NCBI GenBank assembly: GCA_964019335.1
Contig: OZ025686.1
Coordinates: 248,001-312,000 of the forward strand
Origin: Diplonema japonicum
Taxonomy: Eukaryota > Protista > Euglenozoa: Diplonemea
DNA length: 64,000 nt
Direction: 5' to 3'
Part shown: positions 44,309-56,552 of the stretch, piece after piece
Numbering within the stretch: the stretch's first letter is position 1
How the letters are laid out: the number at the start of each line of letters is the position of its first letter
Program-made: the position numbers and the translations under genes
The notes under the pieces: generated by a model
Database searches by the model: none
What the model was told of the DNA's origin: nothing
Seen by the model: only the letters and a program-made list of their open reading frames with translations

Positions 44309-45142
44309 TTACTTCTTGCCACCGCCGCCCTGTGCCGGGGCACCACCACCACCACCACCACCTGCACCAGGTTCCGGCTGCGCCCCTTGAAGACGGAAGA
44401 ACATGGCGGCTATTACAATGTAGAGCTGTGTGAGGGTTATTTTTATTATTATTATTTCCCCCCTTTTAATTCACATACCCAATATTTTTGGAACCAGGTG
44501 GTTTCAGGCTGTTCTCGTTCCTCAGGGATGTGTTCTCCGGTGCTTTCAGCCTTCTGGCGAGCCTCCTGCCGTTTGGACTGTGCATTGGTGGGTTGCTGGA
44601 AGATAGGTTCGTCCTTTGTGTTAGGACCGAAAGTGGCAGGACGGTGAGGAGGACGGTCGGCGACGACGAGGGAGTGCGAGAAAAACTTCTTCTCCGAGTC
44701 GGCAAGAGTTTCGTACCTTGAAAGAAGCATCTCTGGGGAGGTACACGCATCTAATGATGGAGACCGGATCTTGGTGTATGCCGCCCCAAAGGGCGCAACA
44801 CCCACCAGAACCCCCTTCAGGTCGTTGTGGGGGGAGAAGATGACATGGTAGTGTTCGGACATGGCAGAGTTCACCAGTTCACACACACTGACTGTCAGCT
44901 GGATAAACTCCTCTCCCAGGGTTTCTCTGGGGGTTTTGCTGATCCTCAAGTAGTATTTGTCGCCTTCCACTATTTTTGTGACCTCTTCCTTGTCCCACTC
45001 CTGGAAGGCTCCCTCAAACCACACCTGGTAGGCATCTCCTACCATCAGAAAACCCTTCGACTTCCAGTTCACATTGTCGCTGCTGTACACCACCGGGTAC
45101 TTGTGGCGCACAACGCCTTCGTCGTCCACTCGCCGGGTGGAA

Positions 45143-45174
<32 letters not shown>

Positions 45175-45276
45175 CTTTTGTTTGTTGAGTATACCTTTTG
45201 TTTTCTTCAGCCCTTGCGCTTCGCTGCACGCCACCAGCCCCAGCACCACCAGCATCATTGATATTTTGGTGTTCAT
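44309..45276 (-). CDS. EMC10: ER membrane protein complex subunit 10
   Basis: Signal peptide, YYLRI...VSVCELVNS. Intron 44426-44478 restores WFQKYW|LYIVIAAMFF plus the Gly-rich tail typical of EMC10. In-frame poly(A) intron 45144-45194. Confidence 0.85.
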
Positions 45277-45610
45277 TTTATTTTTTCTTCTTTTTTTTTT
45301 TTTTTTTTTTATTAGTATTGGAGAGGCGGGGGAGGGGGCAAGTCAAACCCCTATGAGGATTTTATTTTATTTTTTTTTAAAAAATTTACTTTCCCACCTG
45401 GGGTGGAGGGGGGGGGGGTTTTTTCCCCTTCTTTTTTCTTTTTTTTTTCCCACCCTCCCCGCGGAAGAAAAAGAACGGGGAAAAAAATAAAAAAAAATAA
45501 AAACATACAAAATAATATATAAAAAAGGAAAATACAAACTCTAAAACCAAGATAGATATCACCTACTTTTTTTTTTCCTCTTCTTTTACTCCTCTCTCGT
45601 CACATTCATT

Positions 45611-46369
45611 TTACAAAGCCTCAGCACTGTCATTCACAGTTGATTTCACGGCCACAACCCCGAACCCTGGTAAAACAGACGCAGGGCTTGAAACGGACGG
45701 GGTGGGGCTCGCCCCTACATACGTAGGGGGAGAGTACTGCCGCGGGGTCTCCCATATGGGTGCCTCCGCAGGGAGGTAGACAGGAGGAGGTGGCACATAA
45801 CAAGGTGGGACAGAAGAATCCTCAATCTTCGTTGGTGCAGCTGCCCTTGCAGGGGGGACGACCACGGCTTTTGAGACGAATTTTAGGTGAGCTGTTTTGA
45901 AGTTTTTAATGACAACCTCATCACTGGTGGTGAAGGGGACCTCAACGCGAACTCGGCCTGGCTCTTCCCGAACCTCACCTAGGCCTAAAGGAAGTACTTT
46001 TTCGCCGGTGCTCTTCTTGACCCCAACAGCTAACCTGACATATTTTCTTCGGGATATTTTGGAACACTCTATAAGTTTCAGCAGAAACTCGTACCCACTC
46101 TCGCTTATTATACTCCTTTCGCGATCCTCCATGTCATGGAGGGCGTTCAAGAGAGGATTCTCCCCTGCTGTAATGGGTGCTTCAAGTGGTGCTTGATGAT
46201 TCGGGGAAATGTCAATATCTCGATGGTGGTGGTGGTGGTGACTGGGGTTGACGTCCTGTGAGTCCTCTGTCCCGGTCCTGCTTTGTATCAATTCCACTAC
46301 AAGTCCCCTCAAATCGTTGTTCTCCTGCTCCAGATTCTCCAGTATCCTAAGCCGTTCTGCCCGGGTCAT
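45611..46369 (-). CDS. Hypothetical protein (N-terminal coiled coil, Pro-rich tail)
   Basis: 252-aa homopolymer-free ORF with ATG after an A-run. Confidence 0.7.
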   Translation of the reverse strand: MTRAERLRILENLEQENNDLRGLVVELIQSRTGTEDSQDVNPSHHHHHHRDIDISPNHQAPLEAPITAGENPLLNALHDMEDRERSIISESGYEFLLKLIECSKISRRKYVRLAVGVKKSTGEKVLPLGLGEVREEPGRVRVEVPFTTSDEVVIKNFKTAHLKFVSKAVVVPPARAAAPTKIEDSSVPPCYVPPPPVYLPAEAPIWETPRQYSPPTYVGASPTPSVSSPASVLPGFGVVAVKSTVNDSAEAL

Positions 46370-47895
46370 GTTTTTTTCTTCTTAAGTGTGCCCACCATTC
46401 TTATTTAATTTTTTCTTTTTTTGTGTGGTATAATAAATATATAAAAAAAAAAAAAAATCCGGCTGGGGGGACGGGTGGGGGGAGAGAGTTGTGAATTGAC
46501 CAAAAACAAGAAAAAAAAAATGGGCTAGAAAAAAAGTTTTTTTGTTCCACAGCGTTAGAAAAAAAAAAAGAAGGGGAGGGGAAATCGTATAAAAACATTT
46601 GCTTTAAAAAAAGAATTCGATAAAATTTCAGTGTGCTGGAGGGGAAGGGAGGGGGTACTCACTGTTTAAAAAAAACCGAATGGGAAAAAAGAAAAAAAAA
46701 GGAAAAAGAAAATCGCTATGATTAGGAAACGAAAATGGATAGCAATACAAAAAAAAATGGAGCTTTGTTTTTTTTTATTTTTATTTTTTCTATTTTTTTT
46801 TTATCTTGTTCCATTGAGCCTCTTTCTTTTCAAAATAAAAAAAAAGAAAGCAACATTTTTTTTTGTCTTTTTTTTGCTCAAACCCAAGTGTGGGCGCACT
46901 TTCACTGCCATTCGTTTACTTTCAAAAATAGCTTAAGCTCGCTCCCCTCCCCCTTCTTGGGGTCTTGCCCAGAGATCCGATTTTTCTGCGCCTCACTCAA
47001 AAATATCTCTGTTGATATAAAGGGGAGTGTGTGGATATATATGTGTCTAAATAAAAAATATAAAAAAAAAAGAGCAACACTTTTTTTTTTTTTTTTTTTA
47101 GATTTTTTATTTTTTTTTTTAAAAAAATTCTTAAAACAAGCAAAGGAAGAAAAAGAGAAAAACCGAACCATAAAGAATAAGGACATTACCTGCTCCTCTT
47201 TTTTTCTTCTTTTTTTTTTCTCTCTCTCTTGCTTCATCCCTATTGTATGTAAAAGAAGCAGATTAATAAGTCGAAGGAGGAGGGGGAGCAGTAAAATGAA
47301 AAAAAAAATAATAATAAACACAAAACACAGACAAAGGCAACAACCAAAAAATAGTTGCGTAAATTCCCCCGCTTTCCTTTTCTCTCGAAATACAAAAAAA
47401 AAAAAAAAAAAAATGGGGCTTTGGTAAAGAGATAAAAAAAAAGAGGGATTGCTCCCCCATGTAATGGTGTTCTTCCTTTCTTTAAAATAGGGGGAGAAAA
47501 AAAAAGAGAGAAAAAAAAAGAAAAAAAAACCTGTTTTTCGTTCTTTCACGACAAGCAGGTAGAATTGGATCGAAAAAAAAAAAACGAACAATATGGCAAG
47601 GAGATGTAAGGGGTGCTCCTCATTACAAAGTAAAAGTGCAACACGGAAGGGGGGGAGTCCTTATTAAACACCATCTCTTCTCCCCCATCTCTAACTTTCC
47701 CCCTTATTATATTTTTTTCCCCCACCCTTCCTGTGTAAGTTGTTATTCAACGTCGGGGTCTTTTTTTTTTTTTTTTTTTTTCTTTTTTTTTTTTTCTCAA
47801 TCAATATCAACCAAAAGAAAAAAATCACAAATCAAATCACGCTTTGGGAAGAGAGAAAAAAAAAAAAAAAAAAAAAAAAAATCCTTATAGCATAA

Positions 47896-49347
47896 TTAAT
47901 TCGCCACAGCATATTGGTCACTATTGATGGTAGCATGGTTGTGCTGCTGTCTCTGTTTGTACTCCTTCAACATCCTCCTCAGGTCTTCCTCTGTCATCCC
48001 TGTACGTGGCGACGCGTATGTGGCGACCAACGCACCCATAAGCATAAAGAACACCACAAAGAAAATCGGAATGACAATAGCAACAGTGCAAACCTGCCCC
48101 CCTGCAGCCTTTCCCTTAAGAAACAAGAACGACGGACAGTCACACTCTGAACCCCCGATACACGTCAAATCGTAGTCTGGAACCTTGGGAACAGCGACTG
48201 TAGGATCCAAGGGTTCGGGAGTAAGCACAGCAGGAATAAGCCCAGTGGGAGAATCAGGATCAGGAACAACACCAGGAACCGGTGGAAGTGATTCCACCAA
48301 CGCCATACTAGGCGCAGTTTTGACCAAACATTGGTTTGAACCAAATTGGATTCGAATATAACCTGCCTCTCCCCATGCTGATCCCCAGGAGTTTTTGATG
48401 ACCCAGTACTCCAGGCTTCTTGTAGAGTCATACCCATGACCGACAAGAAGAACACCGTGATCAACTTTGTTGGAAATACAATTCGTCATAATACCAGAGG
48501 TGTACCCCTGCCATGAGGTGGCATCGACTGCAATGCTGACCGGGCCGTAGTGTTTTAAAGCAGCGTACATTTGAATCTCGTTGGAATCAATATGCAGGAT
48601 TTTATTGATGATGGCTCCTACAGGTTTTTCATTAATGTCTGCGGCGCACGGAGCGACCGGTCCGTTGTTGTAATGGCCTTCTTGGTAGGGAAAGCTAGCT
48701 TCTGTGACGATTTTACCGTTTTTGGTGTTGAGGAGCCAGTTGAACGCGTCGACAGGAAGGCCTCCCCCACAAGCGGCGTTTGGAGGACCGGAGCATGAGA
48801 CCAGTTCCTGTTCTGACAATGATGTTAAAGCATGGCCTTGAATCGCCCATTGTGACTCAATTACACCTGTTGCGGAAAATGCCCAGCAGGACCCACATGA
48901 GCCTTGTGATTTTACGTGGGTTACAACGCCTGCGTTAACCCAGTCTAGATCGATCGAATCTTGTTCGCATCCGTTTGCTGATGTTGTTGGTGGTTTATAA
49001 ACAGAGGAGTCGAGACGGGTTACATTGCGTGTGTTGTTGTTCGATATTTTAATGCCTTTACGCATGTTTGCGTATTCCTCCTCTGTCCAGTCTGCGAAGA
49101 TGTTCGCTCCGAACTCCGCGTGGGGGTTGCTTTCAGACATCTTTGAGTACCTTAACATGTTCCCCACGAAGGCTTTCCTCCTCATAGATTCTTCGTTGTC
49201 GTCTTTGTACACCTTCCCGAACTGTGTTTTGAACGATCTCCAAAGGCTTCCGCTGTTCTCATTCACATACTCCTCTGGCATCGTTCTCCCATCCACACCA
49301 TGAAGCAGGCAATGTAGTGTCACCACTGTTGCTGCAAGACGGGTCAT
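47896..49347 (-). CDS. Cathepsin L-like (papain C1A) protease with C-terminal TM anchor, 483 aa, intronless
   Basis: Signal peptide, I29 prodomain (FGANIFADWTEEE), QGSCGSCWAFS, DHGVLLVG, YWVIKNSWG, Pro-rich linker and TM helix VAIVIPIFFVVFFMLMGALVA. Confidence 0.93.
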   Translation of the reverse strand: MTRLAATVVTLHCLLHGVDGRTMPEEYVNENSGSLWRSFKTQFGKVYKDDNEESMRRKAFVGNMLRYSKMSESNPHAEFGANIFADWTEEEYANMRKGIKISNNNTRNVTRLDSSVYKPPTTSANGCEQDSIDLDWVNAGVVTHVKSQGSCGSCWAFSATGVIESQWAIQGHALTSLSEQELVSCSGPPNAACGGGLPVDAFNWLLNTKNGKIVTEASFPYQEGHYNNGPVAPCAADINEKPVGAIINKILHIDSNEIQMYAALKHYGPVSIAVDATSWQGYTSGIMTNCISNKVDHGVLLVGHGYDSTRSLEYWVIKNSWGSAWGEAGYIRIQFGSNQCLVKTAPSMALVESLPPVPGVVPDPDSPTGLIPAVLTPEPLDPTVAVPKVPDYDLTCIGGSECDCPSFLFLKGKAAGGQVCTVAIVIPIFFVVFFMLMGALVATYASPRTGMTEEDLRRMLKEYKQRQQHNHATINSDQYAVAN

Positions 49348-49469
49348 TTTTTTTTTTTTTTTTTGGTTTCTCCCCCTTTTTTTTTTTCGGGTTCTCGTTC
49401 CCAAGTTTGAAAAGCCGATTGTATAAATGAGACTTGGGGGAAAAAAAAAAGAACCCCCCCCTCACATAT

Positions 49470-50197
49470 TTAAGTAAAAGTCAGTATTATAAGAGCAACG
49501 AGGACCAAGGATAGGAGTATGATGGTGATCATTTTTTTTGTGTCGCTCGTTTCGTTAATCAAGCGGTCCATTTTACGCTTTTTTTAAAAAAAAATGATTT
49601 TTTTTTTTTTTTAAAAACCCGATGGCATACCGAAAGCTTCACAAGCTTTGCTGTGGTTGCGTCGATCCTCTCCCCCAGGCCGTCTAGCAATTTGTCTTGG
49701 GCCGTGAGCTCTTCGTCTATTCCAACTGCAATTTCCTTTTGCCTGCAGACGGCAGCGTCAAGGCGGCGGAGTTCAACATCTTGTTCCCGGTTGCTTTCAC
49801 GTTGTTTGTCAAAATGTTGTCTCAAAAGCTCGTCAGCGTTGTTTTCTTGTTCGTCAGGCGAATCATCATCCACAAAGGGGCCGTCGGTCGTTTCTTTTTC
49901 ATCCACACTTTCAATAATTCTGTGCAGCTTATTCTCCATGATGATTAACCATTGCACCCGTTCCTCGACTTCGCATTCCGTAAGCCCGTACCTCTCAGGT
50001 GTTTTCTCCACCACCTTAATCGACACCTCCAGGTCCTTCAGATCCACTTTAATCATTTCTACTACCTCGTAGAATCCTTTGCTGCAACCCTCTCCCGTCG
50101 GTGACGTCGCTTCGTCTGTTAACTTCTTCGCTATTTTCTCACATTTTTTCAGGTTTATTTCCACATCTTCTTTTATATCATCAAATGGGTCTTCCAT
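49470..50197 (-). CDS. STX6: Syntaxin-6/Tlg1-like Qc-SNARE
   Basis: MEDPF...DLKDLE N-terminal domain and SNARE motif (EELTAQDKLLD). Intron 49578-49630 restores the TM anchor ITIILLSLVLVALIILTFT. Confidence 0.85.
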
Positions 50198-50916
50198 CAC
50201 ATGTTTGTGTGTTTAGCTCTATTTTTTAAATAAAAGTTTGAAGAGATGTCGGAAACACAGGGGGGAGGGGGTGGGAGAAGAAGGCTACCCATATTCGATT
50301 TCTTTTGAAGAAACACTGACAATAAGGAGGGGGGTGGGGGAGTGGAAAAAAAAAGAAAAAAGATGAACACATCTGTTCATTTAAATTGAGCGAAAAAACA
50401 AAAATTGGAGGGGGGGACAACTGAAGAAACTACGACACAAAACCGATGTAAAGTTTTTTTTTTTTTTTTTTTAAATTCTTCTCTGTTCACTCGGATAAAG
50501 ATGTAAAAGGGAGAGGGGTTGGTCTCTTTTTTTTTTTCTTCTTTTTTTTTTCTTTCGCAACTAGTTGTTTCGGCAGATAAGAGAATAGATTTTTTTTTTT
50601 AAAAAGGTAAAAAGAAATAAGAAAAGAAAAAAATAAACACCTCCTTTCGAAACAAAGAAATGGATCACCCAAAAAAAAAAAAAAAAAACTAGTTTTAGAA
50701 GAAGAAAAAAAAAAAAGCGAAAAAAAAAAAAAAAAAAAAAGAGAGGAAAAAAAAAATCAATCATTTCATCGGATTAAAAAAGAAGGGGTTAAAAAAAATC
50801 TGGAAAGAAAAAGATGAGGGAGGCGGGGGGGACAATATAGAGACCGACCGACAAAAAAAAAGAAGAAAAAATAATACAGTAACGCGATAAAAAATAAAAA
50901 GAAGACGGCACCCTCA

Positions 50917-52669
50917 TCAGTCAAGGTATTCCCACCTCCTGACCATAATTTTCTGCATACACAACAGAGCGTGTTTCTTGGTGTTTTCTTGTTCTGTAGC
51001 ATTTGAACCCATCTGAATTTTTTTTTTTTTTTATAAAAAAAAAATTTTTTTTTTGTTACATACTCCTTGCTCGATAAGTTCATACACCCTTGCTTTAATT
51101 TCCAACAGCTCCCACTGCCTCTTCCCCTGAGGGTGGTGCCTCACAAATTCACCAATATCGTGGCAAGCGATCTATATATTAAATTTAGTATTTTTTTTTT
51201 TTTTTTTTTTTAAAAAAAAGAAAAAAAGGGAAACACCTGGACGTTGAGCGCCTTCTTGCTAGTTGTGATAATCCTTCCTAGCTCCTTGATGGGGGCGTAG
51301 CCGTCGTTCTCGAACTGCCTCACGGTCTCTTTCCAGAACTTTTCGCTGGTGTGGGGCGGCGACCACTCGAGCACCCCCGAAGCAAGCTCCTGCTTGTAGA
51401 TAGTGTAGCTCGACAGGTCGTCCACATTAGTCTCCAGCAACTCAAGCAGCTCTTTCACCTGCAATTATTATTATTATTTGTGTTTTTTTTTTTTTGTCCC
51501 GCTTTTACAGGGTGACACAGAATTTTTTTTTTTTATTATTATTATTATTTTCCCCCCACAAACAACATACATCCGGAAGAATGTCGACATCACCAAAGGT
51601 CCTCTTCTGCAGCATCTCCAGGTGTTGGATCATCCCCACCCCGATCATGTCCTTGATGTAGTTGGGGCCGATACCTGCGTTGCCACGCTGTGGAGATATT
51701 TGTAATTTTTTTTATTTTTATATAAAATAAAAATCATACCGCTCTCTGGTCCTCGTGGGCCTTGACGTAGTTCATGAGGATCATAAGGGTCATGCGGACG
51801 CACTTTTCTTTCTTCTGTTTCACGAGGAGGTTGTTGAGGACGGTAATGATGGGCTGGCTGCCGATGGACTCACGGGGACGGCACTCACCGTCGATAGTCA
51901 GAAGGACCTCAGGTGAGAAGGAAAGTTGCCACAGGGCCCTGGTCGCATCGTAGACGAACTGCGGGTGGTCCTCTACCGCAGTAGCGAAGGAGTTCTCACC
52001 GGGGAAGAGAAGCGCGGGCAGAAGTGCAGGCGCGGAAATATCACCGCCAGCAGGCTTTGCGATGACCGGTCTCAGGTGCACAGGCCCGCAGATGATCGCC
52101 AGTGCCTTGACAGCAGCCTCGGTGGTTGCAATCTTGTCCTGGCAGTTTTCTTCAGAAGCGTTCTTCGCCTCCTTCAATTTGGTGTGTATGCTCTTCAGGA
52201 GCTGCCTCATCCACTTGTCGCAGTACTTCTCGTCGCTCGCTACCAGTATCAACGCGAAGGCTTCCATTGCCTTTGCGACCACCCTCCCGGAGTCGTCGTT
52301 GCACCATTTTTCCAAGTGCAGACCTGCGTCTTCTGTGTCGTTCGCTCTCGCTGCGATCGCGCTGCCCACTTCTTCCACGGACTTGAGCAGCATTACCAAC
52401 AGCTCCAGCAGCGCCCCCACGTTGTCCAGCTGGTGTGTTACAGCAATGCACGACGCCATCATTGTGGCCACGTTTTCCACGCCCTCCAGCGCCACCTGGT
52501 CCCTCAGCTCGTTTTCCGCCACCGCAGCCTGTATCAGTTTTTGCAGCAACTGCTTGTCGCCCTCCTTCATCGTCGACGCCACCGCGTTCAACCCTGCGAT
52601 CTTCTTGTGCCTCTCTTGCGGCAGGAGCTCCGTCCCCGTGACGGGGGGCTGCTCAGTCGCTGTTCCCAT
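50917..52669 (-). CDS. ATP6V1H: V-type ATPase V1 subunit H, 490 aa
   Basis: KEKCVRM, LEWSPPHTSEKFWKE, IACHDIGEFVRHHPQGK, ALLCMQKIMV. Four phase-0 introns: 51688-51739, 51459-51570, 51172-51236, 51013-51063. Confidence 0.93.
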
Positions 52670-52786
52670 TTTTTTTTTTTTTTTTCCCTTCCTTTTTTTA
52701 AAAAAGTTTTTTCCGCTTGAAACAAACGGGAGAGAATATATAAAAAATTTTATATGCGAGATTGTATTTTTTGCGTCACCCACACA

Positions 52787-53682
52787 CTACACCAAAGGCG
52801 TCAACCCGTCATCACGCGTGGCATGTGCGGTCCCGTCGCTACTGCTTTGTTCGCAGAACAGCATTTCGTGTTCGGAGGCATCGCGTGGTTCGGGACCGTA
52901 CTCGACAACTATGTTCAAAATGAACGCCTCGAAGGCCCCGTCGTCGGTGTCGGCAGAGGCAAGCAGGGCCTTGGGGATGGGGTAGGCTTCCTGGAGAGCC
53001 GCAAGCCTCGCCTCTTGGAGCGGCGAGGGGGGAAGACACTCCGGCGTGTAACGCTCAACAACAGCACGAAACAACTGGTGCCCATGAGGGGCTGTCCTGG
53101 CAAGGAGGTTGCTCAAATTATCCAGTTTTTCAGGAGCATGGACACGATATATCTTCGACAAGGCCTCTTTGTACGAAACGCGATACACCTCTACAGGGAC
53201 AGTTTCTGTACTGCCTTGCAGTTCCACCATGAGCCGTAACAGAGTTGTTTCCTCGTCTCCTTGAATTAGGTTTTCTACAAAACCCGGGTTTTCCTGCAAA
53301 AATTGAACGCCTTTATCGAACCCTCGTAAGTAAGCGGTTATTCGCAAATCGTGGTGTACTGGGTGTGGCCAAGCTCTCCCGGGGGCAGGGCCGTATTTTT
53401 CTTCGACGGACCGTAGGGCTTGTTCCATGTAGGGTCGGTAGGTGTGCAGCATTCCTCGAACTGCGTGGAGGCTTTCGGGTTCCCTGCACTTGATCGTTTT
53501 TTCAATTAGGTGGACGATCTCTTCTTTTCTCTCTTCTGTTTCAAAGGGGTTTTTTTGTGTGTGGGAGTATCCTTGGGTTAGGTAGGCTTCTTTATTCTCC
53601 TTTCTCCTTTGCCTTCGTTCGGCCGCCCGTTGGCGCTTTAGTTTTTTCATTGCCTCTGCTTCTTGGGCGGTTATGGTAACGG

Positions 53683-53686
<4 letters not shown>
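52787..53686 (-). CDS. Protein with degenerate KYGPEP-type helical repeats
   Basis: EKYGPAP, YKEALSKIYRVHAPEKLDNLSNLL...LFRAVVERYTPE and VEYGPEP. ATG after poly(A). Confidence 0.7.
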
Positions 53687-53716
<30 letters not shown>

Positions 53717-54069
53717 CGCCCTCCTCACCCGCGCCGTGTAAACTTTTTTGTGGATTTTTTTTTTCCCCCTTTCCCCCGTGGGACTGAATGAATGAAAGAA
53801 AGAAAAAAAAAAAGAAAGAAAGAAAAAAAGAGAATTTCTTTTTTTTTTTTTCCAGAAGAAGAAACGGAGGGGATTAGGGAAGATGGGTTTATTTCCATTT
53901 TGAATTTTTTGTGTGTGGTTCTTTTTGCCGCGGTGGGGGGTAGGGGGGAGGGGGTGCGCAAACCGGTGAAGGTGGTGAAAGGAAAATATTCTCTTTTCTT
54001 TTTTTTTCTTCTTTTTTTTGGATCACATGATGATCAACTGTTGCAGTGACAACTGCTCTTTCCTTATGT

Positions 54070-54104
<35 letters not shown>

Positions 54105-54105
<1 letters not shown>

Positions 54106-54815
54106 GGAAAAACACCGTTCACGGTTAAGCAAATAACTTTTTTCCACCGTTTCCTTAAACCTAAAATTTTTTTTCCACCAAGTACGGTAACCACAACTTT
54201 TTTTTCCACCGTTACTGTAATCATCGAGTTTTTCCCTTATGCAACTACAAACTTTTTTTTCCACCAAACACGGTAACCTGTATCATTTTTATGCCTGTTT
54301 AGGGTTTATCATAAAATGTAGTATGAGGTGCAAAAATAATGATGGCATGGCAAAATTAAAGGAAAAAGACCCCAGGCGGGAGGGGAGGGGGAAGGGGGGG
54401 ACTACCCTGAAGGCTGGGTCTTCAACTGGGAAAGAACTTCGAGGAGTAACTGGGACTGAACCCCACCAGTTGAGAAATGGGGGTTCCTGAAGGTTGCAGC
54501 ATTGTGCCCAATCTTTCTGCAGTTGCTGCACATATTCTTCCTCCGTGGAGAACGCCATGCAGAGACCTTGAGGTACTCTGCAGATCTGACGTGTCTTTTG
54601 AAAACCTTTCGGGCCACAGCGCAGATGTGGACACAAGGTATACCCAACACCTGCAGCTCACAGCAAGTGCACCCAATTCTCCATGTGCCCATTCTGCGTA
54701 CTTAGTGGAATTTATTTCCCTTACGTCAAAAACAGCCTCTTCCAGGTCGCTGACGTCGTGGGCGCACCACAACTTGCCCAAAAGTTATTTGCTTACCGTG
54801 AACGGTGTTTTTCTC
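54105..54815 (-). mobile_element. Internally deleted Mutator-like element (MULE)
   Basis: TIRs 54105-54141 and 54780-54815 (G(G/A)GAAAAACACCGTTCACGGT(T)AAGCAAATAACTTTT). Four subterminal T-run-CCACC repeats. Minus-strand transposase remnant with SWIM finger CTCCELQVLGIPCVH and zinc knuckle CSNCRKIGHNAAT. Confidence 0.88.
54480..54750 (-). pseudogene. MULE transposase C-terminal fragment, frameshifted
   Basis: EEAVFDVRE lies in one frame and SWIM plus knuckle in another; no DDE domain; the final knuckle Cys is replaced by Phe. Confidence 0.75.
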
Positions 54816-56248
54816 TTTTTCCTGTTTCTGGAAAAAAAATTGTTGTCCTCTTCCCTTACCTACACCGACCCCCCACAAACCCTTCTTCTCCACAACATCA
54901 GGGTTCTCGTTCTTTTTTTTTTTTTTTTTTTTTTTTGCACTTTTTGAATGACCCTTTTTTCCTCTCATCGTACCTCCTGTTCCCCTCAAATTTTCTTTTC
55001 TTTTTTTTTTTATTTTCTAAAAAAATTTCGCTGAAAGAGAAGAGAGGAGCATATCTGAAGGTATGAAAGAAAGAAAAAAATAAACTTTGAAAAGATTTTG
55101 TTGAGTAACGGAACATAAAGTATTTGGGGGAGAAGGCAAAAAAAAAAAAAAAAGTAATAAAAAATAAGGGGGGGGACAAAAGAATAGACAAGTTATTCTT
55201 TACGATTACAAACTTCTACCTAATAAAGAGAAATCCGGTGCTCTATTTTAAACAATTAAGAAGCCAGATATTTAATTTTTTTTTCACTGAGAGTATTTAG
55301 TATTTTGTAAAAAAAAAATTTAACCTTGTAGAGGACCTATTAAGATTAACTTTTTTTACCCCCCATAAAAAAAAACAACATTGTATTATACACAATGTAA
55401 TGGGAAGTATTCCCTCTTTTTTTTTGATCCCCAAAAGGAGCTGCAGTACTCAGCAAACGGGAAGACGGGGGAGAAAAAAAAAGGGGGTAAATAAATAGAA
55501 GAAATAGTCTTCTCAATCCGTCGGCACGAGAAAAAAAAAAATAAAAAATAAAAAAATAAAAAATAAAACACGATAAAGTAGTCAAAAAAAGGAGGGGGGA
55601 AAAAAAAAGGGGGGTTTTTTTACTGTAAATATTTTTTTTTATATTCAAGGAAGAATGCAACAGAGCGCTGCTGATGTTCTGGCCTCCTTTATCTCTCACA
55701 TTTTTTTTTTTTTTTTTTTTTCCCACTCCCAATTATTCTTTTTCCGTCATCTTCCCTCTTTTTTTTTTTCCTCTGTATTCTCTCCTGTAAAAAAGCAGGG
55801 GGAAGGGGGAAGGGAGGGGGTGTGAGAAAACGAAAAAAAGAAACTAAAGAGACAAAACCTTGAAAAGAGGAAATAAAAAAAAAAGAAGAAATCTCTGTAC
55901 ATTGGATGCGTGGGGAGAGGAATAAGGAAGAATGAAAGGAAAAAAAAAAAGAACATGGTGTATAAGTGAGATTTTCTTCCCCTTCAGCTTTTTTTTTTTT
56001 CCTCCTCTTTTTCTTTCTTTTCTTCTTTTTTAACAGATTTCTTTTTTTTTTTTTTTTTTTTTCCGTTAGTTCTCGCACTTCAAAAAAAAAAAAAGAAAAG
56101 AAAAAACAAAAGAGAAGAACATACAAAAAGAAGAAACCACCACATTACCAACAAAATTATGAGCTTTCCGATTTAAACAAACGAGAAAAAAAAAAGTTTA
56201 CTTTTTTTAACAAAAAATAAAAATAAATTCTGACTCATATTTCGGAAG

Positions 56249-56294
<46 letters not shown>

Positions 56295-56307
56295 GATGGG
56301 GGGAGAA

Positions 56308-56519
56308 CTACCTCTTCTCCCCCCAAGGTAACCTCGGTGGGGGTAACATAGGAGAAGTGTTATTCTTCTGTAAAACAGAAGCTTTTGTTGCGATGGACGA
56401 ACTACTGACATCTGACCGGTACGAGTCATCAAGAGAATAACTCCTCGTAGGTCCTTGAAGAGAAGTATCGATGGCCATTGGTGGCCTGGCGGTAGGTGAA
56501 AACCGCGGTGGACAATTCT

Positions 56520-56552
<33 letters not shown>

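Noticed and set aside
466-56220. Numerous poly-Lys/poly-Phe/poly-Pro ORFs in the track
   Set aside because: Translations of homopolymer spacers or introns, not genes.
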